Shown here one piece after another: positions 25,796-41,188 of a stretch of 64,000 bases of DNA. Source of the stretch: the human T2T-CHM13v2.0 reference genome, Homo sapiens; the NCBI RefSeq assembly GCF_009914755.1, contig NC_060937.1. One strand, written 5' to 3'. The notes under the pieces were generated by a model that did not search any database, was not told where the DNA came from, and worked only from the letters and a program-made list of their open reading frames with translations. Each line of letters opens with the position of its first letter. The stretch's first letter is position 1. The position numbers and the translations under genes are program-made.

Positions 25796-27059
25796 AACTC
25801 AAAAACATTTCTGATTCTTTTTTATCCACCCTCTCTTGGACTATACATGCACCTTCCTAAGTCTATTTGGTTAATACATTTGGCCCTCCCCACAAAGAGA
25901 TTATCCCCTCTTGGCCACCCCTTGAGTAATAATTAGTATGGAAAGGACGGTAGCTTATATGGGATAGATAATGATCTTGTGGTTGAGTACTGAAATTGAA
26001 ATTATTTTTGAATTTTATGATTAAATATAGGAAAGTATGTATAAACTTACGTGAATATGCCCTGTTACATTCTACAAATTAAAAGTTGATTAGCTTTCTT
26101 GTGATCCCCAAAGTAAACATAAAAATGTATAAGCCTGAAATATTATCAATTAGAAAATATTTGGAGAAACTGCTTCTTAAAATATGGTAGAATATTTTAA
26201 GAAGCATTGTTTAATACAAGCAAACCATGAGCCTTATATGAAAATATGAAGGCATCAGAGCAGGTGATAATCATGAGTAAAATTATAAATATTTTCTCTC
26301 TAAATACACATTTGGAGAAGCACATAGGACTTGATAAAGCTCAAATGCAAGAAGTCTAATAACTGAGACTCTTAGAAATTGTATTTCCAATGAGTTATAT
26401 AGGAGAGGTGACTGTGTATTCTTAAGAAGTTTAGCTTTACATATAACTTTATTTTCACTAAGACTCTTTTTCTAAAATAATCTATTGTTGGGGTGATTTA
26501 TGTAATATATGTTCAATGCACATTTAAAATACTTCATAAAATTAGTTTATCACTATTAAAAAAGAATTTACGTTCTGATAACCTGAACATTTATAATTCT
26601 ATAGCTATAAACTGAAGTTACCTTCATAAGTAAAATATTTAGCAAAAATTTCTACATGAATTGCATTTAAATTAAATTTATTACAAAATGTGCTATATAA
26701 AATAACATGTAGCATCTTCTCAACATAGTTGACTATAAAATTTTGATTTAGCCTTGGGAAAAACACCTGAATATAATCACATAAAGAGAAATTTTTAAAA
26801 CTTATTGTATATTTTCAAGTAATTGAGAGCCTCTGAAATACTACTCAAATCTGATTTATAGAAATGATTCACTTATGATTCTGACTCAGTCCCTAATGAA
26901 GTAATATCAGCCATTGCCTTGGGTAGTAAATAACATAAATTTTTTAGATATTAGTGCAATAATATTCACAGAGAGGATAGAAAAAATGAATACATAGAAA
27001 CTTCCTGACAAATTGCAACATTTTAATGGTAAAATTAAATGTTAAAAACCACTCCCAAA

Positions 27060-27190
27060 CAATGACATTCTTTATTCAAATAATCCTCAAGGAACAGAGG
27101 GAAGCAATTGTCATCTGCCATGGGGAAGCTGAGACTTAAAAAATTTGACAAACTCAACAGAGGCTACAGAGCTATACAGTTTTGTAACCT
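27060..27190 (-). mobile_element. MIR fragment
   Basis: 'atggggaagctgagactta...aggctacagagcta'. Confidence 0.55.
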
Positions 27191-27888
27191 AAAGTATAAC
27201 TCCTTCATATTACAGTGTTATTTCCAACATACCATGTGGTCATATACCATAATATTTTTAATGGACTTTCAGGTCGAACAGAAGATGATTCATGGTTAGA
27301 AGCATACTTGGAGAAATAAAGTTAAGCAGCAGCCTAACCTCAGTTCAAGATATTTTGGAGACCGATAACTAGCCATCAGCAAATGATGATGCTTTCTCAT
27401 CATCACTCTTATCTCTTTATGTCACTCCTGTCTCACACAATCCTCAGGGCAATTTTTTTCCCACACAAATCAAAAATGAGAAAAAATCTATTTAAAAATT
27501 AGATTAGACAATATTTTTCCTGTAATAAAGAAACAGATTGTTCAATCTCCTTGGCATTTGAAATTAAAGGATAATTTTTTATTTAATTCTAAAGGAGAAA
27601 ACAAGACTATTCAAGTAATGCAGCACATTGCAGGGCATGATTTTTCAGAAGATAAATGATTGATACGGCAATTAATTAAAAACAATATAATGGACAGATT
27701 TAAAAGCTTGTCTTCCAGTTCCAAAACGATGATAATATAATGTTATTACTGTGCTTGAACATTTACAACTGTCCACACAAAAAGTGATTAAAAACAAATT
27801 GTAATGTCCTGTACTCTTCTCCATTCTTAGTCAAGAAGACGGTCTTCCAAGTTAGATCACAACCTCCTTAAATCTCTTTATCCTTACA

Positions 27889-27985
27889 CTGTATGCTATG
27901 CAGAATAATGCTCCTTCCCTAAAAATGTCTACCCTATAATTCTTGGAATCTATGAATATGTTTTCTTTCATGGTAAATGGAACAC
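27889..27985 (+). mobile_element. MLT1D-like LTR 5' fragment
   Basis: 'gcagaataatgctcc...aaaatgtctacc...ggaatctatgaatatgtt...catggtaaatggaac'. Confidence 0.65.
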
Positions 27986-27989
27986 TAAT

Positions 27990-29816
27990 ACACAATGTAT
28001 TTAAACATTTCAAAATATATATTAATTTAAAACAGCAATATAAATACCTATTATAATTAGCATGATTATAAAAATATTTCGAAAAGAGTAGTAAAAAGAG
28101 TGGTGCTAGCTTATGTTTTTGCAAATCATTTAATATCTGGCTTAATACAAGACAGCTGGATTTTCTTATCCACTTACATTCATCCTATTGTGATATATAG
28201 TTTTGGTTGGCATACATGAAGAAAATTCACCTTCCATGCTCATTTAGTTGGAACTAGCAGTGCACTTGAACAGCATACTAGATAAGCAGCAGATACAAAG
28301 ATAGAATTAATAGCACAAGTTATATATTGGAGGAGACCTCTTTGAAAGATGTACCAGAAAGAGTATGAGATTAGTCAGAGAGAGCTTTCAGACTGTTCCT
28401 GGTCTGACACTGAATAAGGGAGAAGAAAGTAAGAAATATCTGGAAGGAAAAGCCCGAGACATCAGTGTAACTTTTAGAAAATTTTGGCGAAACTGATGAG
28501 GGGCAACAGGAAACTGAGACCATTTGAGGAATCCCACCTTAAACAGAAGTGGCCCAGTTTTACTGCCCTCTGCTTGATAGTCCTCAGCTGGGAGCATCTG
28601 ACAGTGAGCGTGGCCTAAGCCTGATTGCTGCAGGGATCTCAGTGGGACTGCATCTGAATGCTCCTTAGCTAAGTATATTCGTCACTGCAGGGTTTTTGTT
28701 TTGCTTTTTGTTTCCCTGAAGATGGATTGGAGTGTTGCACCTCTGTGGCTATCCCACTATCCTTTTTGGATGATTGTGGATATTTATCTTTAATACTATG
28801 CCAAAACTCAGCATATGGTCATTTTTTTAAGGTTGGTTATGATTTGGTATCTAAAACCCTATTAAAATATTCTTTACTCTGCTATATTAAGATCCATGGG
28901 TCTGTCTTGCATTTTGAATGGAACTTTTCCTTACCCATCATTTTTGGGGTAAAAAATTAATTTTAGGGAAAACATTAGTTCACTGAATTATACAGATTAT
29001 ACAAGAGCTTGACACATTTTATTATAAAATATATATTTAAGGATCATAACTGTTAATGTCACCATCAGTCTCATCAGGGAAGTTTTTATGTATTGATAAA
29101 CCACAATGGTGAGTATAAATAAGCTTTCCAAAGTTCTACTAATGGAGAAAGACAGGAAAGTAATACTTTCTGAACATACAGATTAACTACAAAGATTTTG
29201 AAAGAAAATGCTCATCACTGACAACAAATGCTGTCATTTATTTTCTCTCTTGAAGGGTTCACTTCATTCCTTTTTGAAGAGCTGTATCAATTCCCACGTC
29301 CAAATAATCATAGCTGTCAAATGCTTTTTCAAGTAAAAATAGTGTTTCATGGAAAAAAAAAAGTTGGTTCAGATTGCAACTCAAATAATTGCACACATAT
29401 TTTCCTTGAGAAAACCACAGTACTAGCATGTATGTTGTAGAATTGCATTATACATACTTATAATTGTGGCATATGGAATATTAAAATGATAGCAGTTTAA
29501 TGAAGTTAGTGATTTTTACTCCTGCTTTATCAAGAACAGTGTTATGTGAGAGGTTTTTGTTTGTTTTTTACCTTAGACATACAGAGGTGAGTAACATAAT
29601 AATTGTGAATGTGATTTGGTGCCACATTTTTGATTCATGCTAAGGTAACATTTTTTTACCCATTGCTTTTGTACTGTGAATAAAAATGCTAACACAATGA
29701 AACAAGGAAATAACTTCTTGGTAGTTTTCTTTTTTTCCCAATAAGACTTGCAGACACCTGAAAAATTCTCAGGGATCTCTAGAGGTTGGTGGACCATACT
29801 TCAAAAACGGATGGCT
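27990..29816 (-). mobile_element. Charlie1-like hAT DNA transposon, interrupted by an LTR
   Basis: 'atctggcttaatacaagacagctggatt', 'tgctttttcaagtaaaaatagtgtttcatg', terminal 'ggaccatacttcaaaaacggatg'. Confidence 0.8.
28255..28755 (-). mobile_element. Old ERVL-class LTR (LTR33-like)
   Basis: 'agagagctttcagactg...ggtctgacactg...gggagaagaaag'; family uncertain. Confidence 0.5.
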
Positions 29817-30559
29817 GAAGATATATATTTATCGAACCCAAGGCTAAAAGTCATGGTTTCTAATACATAGCCTAGAGCTTGCTTCAACCCTGTAAACCTC
29901 CTCATATACTTTGATTTCTATTACTACTTAACCTTTTCCAGACACCCTTCTTGTCTACCCGTTTACTCATCACTTCTGCAATGCTCTATGGTATATATGG
30001 TATTTTTGTGAACACAGTTTCTTGGATTGCACATATTTTCTATTAATCCTCACCTTCATTTTCCTTTACCTTTTGCAGTAGATTCAATACCTCTTATCAC
30101 CCTCAACTGTTCTCAAGCTAAGGACCATGAAACTGTTAGTATCCCCATTTCTGGTTATTTCTTGGTATTCAGATTTTGACAGAATATATCTATATGAGAT
30201 ATATATTACCACATTTAGCTTGGTAGATAGTAAAAAGAAATAAGCAGCAAATCAATTAAATGTTTTATGACAGCAAAATAAGCTGCTATGGAGGTAAACA
30301 TGAGAAGCTTTTCATTCAGAACAATAGTAGAGGTCATGAGTGACACATAAGGGCTGAAAAAATGCTTCATTATGTAGAGGTTTCCTCTCTGCTGGAAGGG
30401 ATTATAGTACTAACAATGTGCAAGAATCTGCTTATATTGCAAGGAAAACACTATTTTTTTTTTTGTCACCAGTGTCTGCATTTCTTGAGATAATGTTTTT
30501 TGTGTCAGATATGTTAGTGAGCCACCAAGAGCCAATTGTTCTCTCTTTAAGGCTAATAA

Positions 30560-30860
<301 letters not shown>

Positions 30861-33800
30861 AAAATTTCCACTTTTTAAGGGACATCAATGTTTATCTGCA
30901 GGAAATAAATTATGGTGAATTAAAGCCAATTATGCTCATAGCATTCTCCATATCCAGATATTTAACAGACTTTCTTGCTCTTATCCAATGAGACAAAAGG
31001 ATGTTTTCTCTTTTGGTGGAGCTTCTGGGAAGAAAAAATAAAAAAGCTTGAACAAAGACACAGTGGCCCAATAAGTACTTGCTTGAATTGTTCATCACTT
31101 TCCTTTCAGCCTTGAATGAAAACGCAGAGCCTGTTGAATCCAGTCATCCTGCTGTCGTTGGATGGCATGGCAACACTTTCAGAATAGCCAAGCAGGAGGA
31201 AAAAATGCTTTTGGACCTTGATGCATTCTTGAGGATGTTATTGTTTCACCACTGGTATTAATTTCATTTTTTAAATTAAGCTAGATAAAAGGAATATTGT
31301 TTAAATCTCTCATTTTAATTTCATTATTGTTGGGGATGGATAGTCACAGCCCAAAGCATTTACAATCTTTTGATATGGTTCTCTAGAATTGAAATCTTCT
31401 CCTCTCCTAAATTTTACCACTTACATAGCCTCCAGTTGATGGGTATGTGGCTTGGTTTTACATGACAGTTTCTTGCATTGGCCTTTTGATACTCACTGCT
31501 CTTTTATTTTAAATATTTAATCTCATTTTTCCCCTGTAATTGGTCTCTGACCACATTGAATCTCTTGGTGATATGGTTGATTTTACAAGTCTTTTATGTG
31601 TTTTCTTACCTCTCCTCCTACTGAATATGTAACCTAAAAATCATAGTTTCTCACTTTTGGGAACTTCCTATTAAAAATTCTTGATCTCTGTCTTTGTACC
31701 TTTCCTCTCAGAAATTTGTCTGTTCCTAGGGTAAGGGAAAAGTAAGAACTCCCACATCACATGAAAAGCATAGGCAACCACTGGGCTATCTTAGGCTCAG
31801 CAGAAAATCCTTAATGATGTAGTTTTACTCTCATATTCTGAACAGAAACTAAGTGATATCTGGAACTTTTACTAAAAGCTTGCAGATTTATGTAGACTAG
31901 GCATGCAGCCCACTGGCCCAAGTATTTTCTCATTCACTAGTTAGGTACATGGTTCTAGCATATTATCTATTCCTCCAAATGTAGGAATCAATTATTAGAC
32001 ATACACAGAACACAGATCAGAGAAGTGTGATACTATCTCACCTGATCTCCGTAATGTTACATTTTCCCTCAGAATCAGAAAGGAAAACCCTTGACAATTT
32101 TCTTTCCTGTATTTTAGAGCTCCCTTAATGCCAGACCCAATTTTACTTCTATTTTGTAAGTTATGTTAAAATTCTCTAATTCCTGGGTTGGCCAATTTTC
32201 TCTCATGACGGTAAAGTATTTGCAATTGTAAACTTTTTTTTTCCCCCGTCTAGGCAAAGCCTGACTTTAGTAGCCATTGTATTCTGTAGGCTCAGAAATT
32301 TTATTTTTCATATATAAAATTTAAAATTCTTCTCTCTTCCTTTTAATTCATTTAAGATATGGGCCTCCCTATGACAAATAATTGTCTCTTTTATATAACA
32401 AACAGGTTATATAAAAGTAAACCAAAATAGATAAGCACAATCGCATATTTACAAATAATAGAATCTGTGGGTTCTATTCTTTGGACCACACAGGTCAATG
32501 TCATGCCAGAGCACAGCAGAAGACTGGGAACTCTTGCCTTGTTCTTTAGCTGTTTATTCTTACTAAATGAAGAGGCTTTCCACTTTTACCTTCGGATAAT
32601 CGTTTCCACATTATCCCTTAATGTATCCTGATCATTTCTGGTTCAAAGTTTTCAAAAGTACCCAATTTCTGATTTTTCATTATTACTTATGCTCTTCCTC
32701 TATGTTAACTTTTCTTTCCCCACTCAAATTGTAATACAGGTTTCTTTATAGTTTACCCATTTAGTGAGGTAGGGGTATGGAGTGATTTTTTCAGAATATT
32801 CTGTTGATAATTATTTAAGACATATATATTTCAAGTTCTCTTCTGTATCATATTCCTTTTACTTTTAGGAATGAATACCAAGGCTCTTATGTTTAAATAT
32901 CAAAAGAGTGGTAAAACGTTAAAAAACAGCTCATTTAAATTTATTCTATGGTTATAGTCTCAAAAAGATAAAGCATAGTCCATGTCTATTTTTGATTCAA
33001 AAGGGAAATAGTTCAATCCTTCAAAAAGTGTTTACATATAGTTTGAAGGAAAGTCCACTATGTGTGGTGCCAATTTTCTTTTTAAAACACAGATATTTTT
33101 ATGTCATCATTTTATAGTAAAATCTAGTGTGCTTTAGAACTACAACTCAGCTATATATCTATGCTGCACACTTGATTTCTAGAATTTCACCAAAAATAAG
33201 AGTGGTTGAAACTATTGATTTTTTCATTGGCTTTTGATTCTGTGGGCAAAAGCTAGTTACTATCTAATCTATACTAATTTAATAAAACTGCTAACTAATA
33301 AAGCATGTCTCAGCCTGAATTTTAACACTACTTAGAGTTTCTGGGATGGTAAAACCACTGGTCTTCAGCTCTGATCGTGAAAAACCACATGGGAATCTTT
33401 GTGGGGAAAGAAAGACATGCCAACCTCCCTCTAATCTATTCACTTCTGTCCCTCTTATTTGAAATCACTTTGATTCCATAGGTATGTAAGTTCTTACAGT
33501 AATGAATTTTAAGTTATTGCAAAATAAAATGAATAGCTAACTGCAATATTGAAGAAGGGATTATAGTGGTGTATTCTACGATAATATAAAACAAAATTAT
33601 CCTTAAAAATACACTCCAAAATGTGATTCAAATATAATCTCCTGAAATAGTAAGATGTTTTGTTGTGTGCTTTAGTCACTATGGTTTTCATTTTTGGCAA
33701 GAACACCTTAGAATCAATAGAATTAACTGAGAAATTCTTCTTTTGAACTTCACATTGAAAGAGTACACCATTGAGAGTCTTCTCTAGTAAAGCTATTATA

Positions 33801-34260
33801 GAACACTAATAATAAATACAATGAAAAAGTCCAAACTAAAATTTTCTTGGCTCTAGGATATCACGTAGATTTAGGTAAGTATAATTTCTGTTTTGATTTT
33901 TGTTGTTGCAAATCATGGCATTTTCTTGGAAAAAACTCTGGCTTTATTCACATTTATGTGGAGATAAGGTTTTACTTCTAGAGTTCATTTATATGGAGAT
34001 AATGAGGTTCATAACATCAACAGGGTTCCTCATTAGATGACTTAAATATAAGGAACAACATTCATATGCATTCACATACATACAACCTTGCCTTATAATT
34101 TTTCTAAAGTACATGTATCTATAATTACTGAATAACAAAGAATTTCAGGACTGTAAGCTCTTATTAGTGATTCAGTTTTAAACTGTCTGCTAAACAACTG
34201 TTGTCTGAAACCTCCTGAGAAATTATATGTGACATGATTTAGATATATAACCTATCCAGA

Positions 34261-34877
<617 letters not shown>

Positions 34878-35806
34878 AGTTATGTGTTTTTAGAAGAAAT
34901 GTTCTTGGCATTTTTAAATACTATTTTCCTAATCGCAACATCAAAAATTAATCCTATAAATTAGCAAAAAAAGTGCCAACAAATAAAAACAGAAACATAA
35001 AACAATCTTTGCTAATTGCAAGTTGATATGTGTTCTGAGAATTATATGATAATAACAATGCCAAACAGGTAATAGATAGTAATTGTATACAAGACCATAC
35101 ATTTATATGCTTTAAAATTCTTACAAAAATTCTTACATGAGAAAACTAAATTTTAAAAAGGAAAAATGTAAAAAAATCTGTGCTGTTTGTACTTTTATTA
35201 CTAGAAAGACCTGAGTTATATTTAAGCTGAATAGTGGCAATCATTGACACTTTATTTGCATATTGAGTAACAAACACATTGTTTTAATTTTGTGATGTGT
35301 GTTGTTCTGAGGTCTGCATATATATTAACTCTTTAACCTCACCACAAACTATGGGGCTATAGAAATGGGGAAATAGCTGCCTAATTTGCTGAAAGTCATA
35401 TAGCTATCCAGTTTTAGACGTAAGCTTCAAACCCAAGTCATTGGTTGAGTCCTTACTCTTAAATCATTAGCTATAGTTCCTTTGTTATTTGTGGGTTTTT
35501 ATTTTTACATTTTCCTCATATTGTATTTTATTTGTTTTCCCATGTCAAATTCTTCATTTGTTTATTATTTACATTGTCCTATATATTTTGTCTTTGCAGT
35601 CTACTTTACACCTGAATTGAATTGTAAATATGTTAAATGTAGATGGACAATCAATGGAAACAGAAAAATATATCGGTGGAAAAAGTTAAATCTGTAAATA
35701 TTCATCATAAAATGCATTGTTTTTAAACCCACTCAGTACTCTAAATATTTCTAGTTCATATATATATGTTTCATATCTACTTAGAAGATATGAACTTTTC
35801 ATTGTT

Positions 35807-36348
35807 TGTATTAGTCAGGGTTCTCTATAGGGACAGGACTAATAGGATAGATGTATATATGACAGGAAGTTTATTAAGGAGAATTGACTCACACCATCAC
35901 AATACAAAGTCTCACAATAGGCCATCTGCAAGCAAGCCAGTGGTAGATCATTCCAAGTCCTAAAACTTCAGAAGTAGGGGAGCCGACAGCACAGCCTTTA
36001 GTCTGTGGCTAAAAGCCCAAGAGCCCCTGACAAATGACTCTTCTAAGAGTCCAAAAGCTGAAGAGCCTGAAGTCTGATGTTCAAGGGCAGAAAGCATCCA
36101 GCATGAGAGAAAGATGAAGGCTGGGAAACTTGGCCAGTCTAGTCTTTCCATTTTTTTCTGCCTGCTTTATCCTAGCCATGCTGGCAGCTGATTAGATAGT
36201 TCCCGCCCAGATTGAGGGTGTGTCTGCCTCTCCCAGTCCACTGACTCAAATGTTAATCTCCTTTGGCACCACCCTCTTAGACACACTCAGGAACAATACT
36301 TTGCATGTTTTAATCCAATCAAGTTGACACTCAGTATTAACCATCACA
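35807..36348 (-). mobile_element. MLT2A2-like solo LTR (ERVL)
   Basis: 'tgtattagtcagggttctct...aatccaatcaagttgacactcagtattaaccatcaca'. Confidence 0.92.
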
Positions 36349-37568
36349 ACATTAGAGGGCAAATGTTTTTGTAATTGTGCTTTTCGTAGTACAGAGATGG
36401 CTCAGCATGCTCATCTAATAACTGGGAAATTGACAAATTTGGCTTATGTATTCAATGCCACTCTAACTAGGAAGTTAAAGACTGTAATTCTTAAGTAAAC
36501 CATTCTGCCAACCAGCATAGCTTTTGCCACAACATTAATAAGATATTAGCTGGTTGATGTGAAATTTGGTAATGCACAGATGATATCCAAATTTGTCACT
36601 TTTTTATATTACTGCATTGATTACAGATGTGAAACGTGGAAGTCTGGAGAGGACAAAGGAAGGACTTTTCTCTTCCAAAGGACTTTAAAAAGCTGAAAAA
36701 AAAAAAACAAAAAAAAACAACCAGCATTGAAATCTGTCTAAAATGCAGTCATTTATAAAATTAGAAGACTTATGCTGGCAGATGTTAGGAGAGTTGAAAA
36801 TAGTAGGTAATTATAGAAGGAGTAATTTTCTCTTCAAAAGTTAGCCAACCCTTTGCTTGGGTAGCAATTGAGATTGCAGACCCTGGGATAGGTTTAATTC
36901 TCCACTGAACACTAGATAATTTGAATAAAGACAGCTCACTAACCATTATTCATCTATGTCCACACAACCCAAATTTCTTAAATATAAAATCTATCTACCT
37001 TCAAACAATATTGACCACCCAGAGAAAATGTCTTTGATAATTAATGGTTGATATCATAGAAACACAAGAACTTGGACCTTTAAAAGTACTCCATTGTTAA
37101 TATGTAATTGATGCTGTTAAAACTAACATGTACACCTTTAATTCTTATACTGTAAAGTAAGAAAATATAGCCCAGGTTATACCACTATAGAGAAACGGAG
37201 GAGGATGACTGATTGTTCTCTGAATTCAATTCTTCATACGTTATTGTTCTACCACAGAATGTAACTTTTTAAATCTCTCAAATTTGATATTTACAGAGGT
37301 AACTTTGAAAGATCACATCAAAATTGCTGACCCCCACACTTAAAACATCATTCTTCTAACTCAAGATGTCCAGGAAGTCCAAAATAACATGATTCTAATA
37401 GAAGGAAAATAAACATATACATATCTTGCACAGAATTTGATTAATTGCTAAATATTTCATTTAAAAATTCATTATAGATAGGACATGTACAGATCTGCTT
37501 GAGTCCCAGATCTGTATATGAAAATGTATGATTATAATTGAGTAATTTTAATTATTTTAAAATTTTTC

Positions 37569-37722
37569 TGTGCTATAGTCTGAATGTTTATGTCTTCCCA
37601 AAATTCATATGTTGATATCCCAATCCTCAACATTGGTATTAGGAGATGGGGCTTTTGGAAGGTAGTTAGATCATGAAGATGAAGCCTTTGTGAAAGGGAT
37701 TAGTTCTTTTATAAAAGGGGCT
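37569..37722 (+). mobile_element. MLT1A-like LTR 5' half
   Basis: 'tgctatagtctgaatgtttatgtcttcccaaaattcatatgttga...gggattagttcttttataaaag'. Confidence 0.85.
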
Positions 37723-38485
37723 GAGTTAGACTTGTGTTTTCCTGTGGACCTTGTATTAATGATATTTTATTTAAATTATGACAGCTACAATGCCACATGA
37801 GCAATGTGGTCAATCATACTCTGCTACATTAGGATGAAAAATTCATAGGAATAAAAATTGTGGTACTAAAATTATGTTTGTATTATTATTAAACATTGGC
37901 CATATTTTGAGTTGACTAACAGCTGTTTATGTGGATATATGGCTATTAGTCCTGATTTTCGTTCCCCCAGAATGGACTACTCCCTTATCAGTGCTTGTAC
38001 AATGTCCTTTACTTATTTTAGAGAATTTTTGCATTTTATTTATCTTCTACATGTTATGTCTTCCCAATGTAGGCAATAAAAGCTCTTAGAGACCATGAAT
38101 AAATAATCTCACAAATGTTCTGCTATATGGTAGTTAAAAAGAGTTGTCTACTAATTGAATAATTATGTAGATACACAAATGTATTATATATTTTATAGTA
38201 CATTGACACAAAGTAGTTATGAGAAATACATGTAAAGTTAAAAGCAGATTGTTGGGCATATGGAAAGAATTTTTTTAAAAGATGGTTGTTATACTCAAAA
38301 TAATCATTATTGCCATCCCATCTTTAATGAAAGGATGAAATATTTAGACATTGGGACTACGCAAAAGGAAGATGAGTTTTTTGAAGACAAACTACAAGAC
38401 AGGTATTATTCCAGACATTTCTACATACTAAACTTACTTGCCTGAGTTAAATGAAGTGAAATAGTGATTAGCAAATATAGCAGCA

Positions 38486-38528
38486 TATATATATATATAT
38501 AGATATATATATATATATATATATATAT
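38486..38528. repeat. (TA)n microsatellite
   Basis: TA run with an 'agat' interruption. Confidence 0.95.
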
Positions 38529-40440
38529 GTTATCGATGAGAATAGACATTAAAAAGTAAAATGGCTTGTTGGTAGTTTATACTAACTGATAATGGTTTTA
38601 GAATATAAATTGAGTATATAAAATATAATTTTACCTTTTCCTTATTTTTCCAATATGTTATAAAGTATCCCCATGTTATGTATTTTGAAGCTCTAATTTC
38701 ATATACACTGATTTTCAAAAGATGCTTTTTCACATTTTTCAATTTTCAATGAAATCAGCTATAAAATGAGCGAAGGGGCAGATAAATGTGAATTACAATT
38801 ATTCAAATGAGAGAAAATTGATGTACACTAGGAAAATTGGTGTTACTGGTTAATAAAAGTGTATGTTTTGTGGGGGAGGTTTTCCGTATATGTTGCCTTC
38901 ATTTAGGGTGAACGATGTCCTAAGATTCTAAAAAGATAAAAAGTATTTGTGCATTTCTGTTTTTCTTTGCAAAACTTTTGAAATCTAACAATAGATTATG
39001 AGACAGTCTCCCTGTCTGCTCGTCGAGCTATAAAGTACTGGCGTGCCAGTCAAAATTGGGTTTTGCAGAATCAACGTGATGCACAGCCCTGCATGAAAAT
39101 GCCTATCACACAGGAAATTAGAAAACACAAAATGGCTTCAGTCAGAGATGAACTAAGAGGACTAAAGAAGAGTTGATATATTCTCTTGGATCCTACCTTT
39201 TTGTTAGGGTTTAAACTACTATTACTGTTGAATTACGGTACTATTCTTATTAAAAGCTATATAGACATTAAAGTGATTGCTGAATACCTGGGATTCTAAA
39301 TCTCTGAAAGAAAACTAAGTGTAACATATTGTTCAAATGTTCTACATCTGAAAGATATATTTTCTTTAAAAAAGACCTATTAATTTCACACGTTTTAACT
39401 CATTTTAGGATTATAATAATCCTAAATGTCTAGTGACATTTTGAGGACCAGGATTAAAATTATTTTTATATACTAAATGTCCACAGCATTTCATGTGCTT
39501 GTTTTAAATTTTTTAATGCTTCTTGCTAGTTAGAGAGCAAAATCAAAATTGTACCACAGCGTGCAAGACTGTACTCTTTCCATGCATTGGTGATGTCCTT
39601 TTTAGACCACAGTACCTTACACATATTTTAATTACAGTATTTATCAGATGCATGAAATTATTTTTTAATATCGGTCTTTACACTAATCTGCAAGATAGTC
39701 AGGGGCTGACAATGTCATCTATTTCAGTTATGGACCTAGCACAATTCTGGATACATTTTGACATGCAAATATTTTATTAGTAAAAATTAAAATTTTATAA
39801 ATATAGTTTATGCAATATATGTGTATATTTTACAAAATGTAATTTTAAATTAACTGGTCCTTTAAACAATCCTATAAATTACTATTTTATAGTTTCAAAA
39901 AGTAAGCCGTGGAAAGATTAAGATAAAATTACTGAACTTTCTCACTCAGAATAATTCTAGGTAAATGAGACAAAATTATTTTATATGCATTCTTAGTTAC
40001 AACTGATGCTATTTGTGTTTACCAAGAATCCCCAAATTTAAAAAAAAATCAAAAGTATTGGTCAGAGAGAACAAAGAAAATGATTTAGGTCACCTAATCT
40101 ATCTTCAATTAAAAAAACTAATAAATGATTTATTAAATTAGTTCAGCATCACTTAATGAGAAAAAGTCATGTTTTCTAATAAATCCAGTGACCAGCAAAA
40201 GGCAACCAAGGATCAGTGCCTAGACAGAGAGACAATCTCTTATGTCAACATATTTGGAAGGGCAAAGCTAATAGGGATATTCTGCAGATGTTTGTAATAT
40301 AGCAATGGGAATCTGAAAGCAGGCAATATGCTGCGATTCCGGTAAAAGGGGGAACATTAGGAAGGTCTGCCAGTTGGGAATGAAGGCTGAGGCCTGGGAG
40401 TGAAATTCCATTCCAGAATTCTAAGTCTAGCTAAAACAGG

Positions 40441-41188
<748 letters not shown>

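Noticed and set aside
31085-31261. Possible exon after a pyrimidine tract ('ctttcctttcag') overlapping a 60-aa ORF
   Set aside because: The donor site is weak, there is no recognisable protein and no partner exon. A lncRNA exon cannot be excluded without transcript data.
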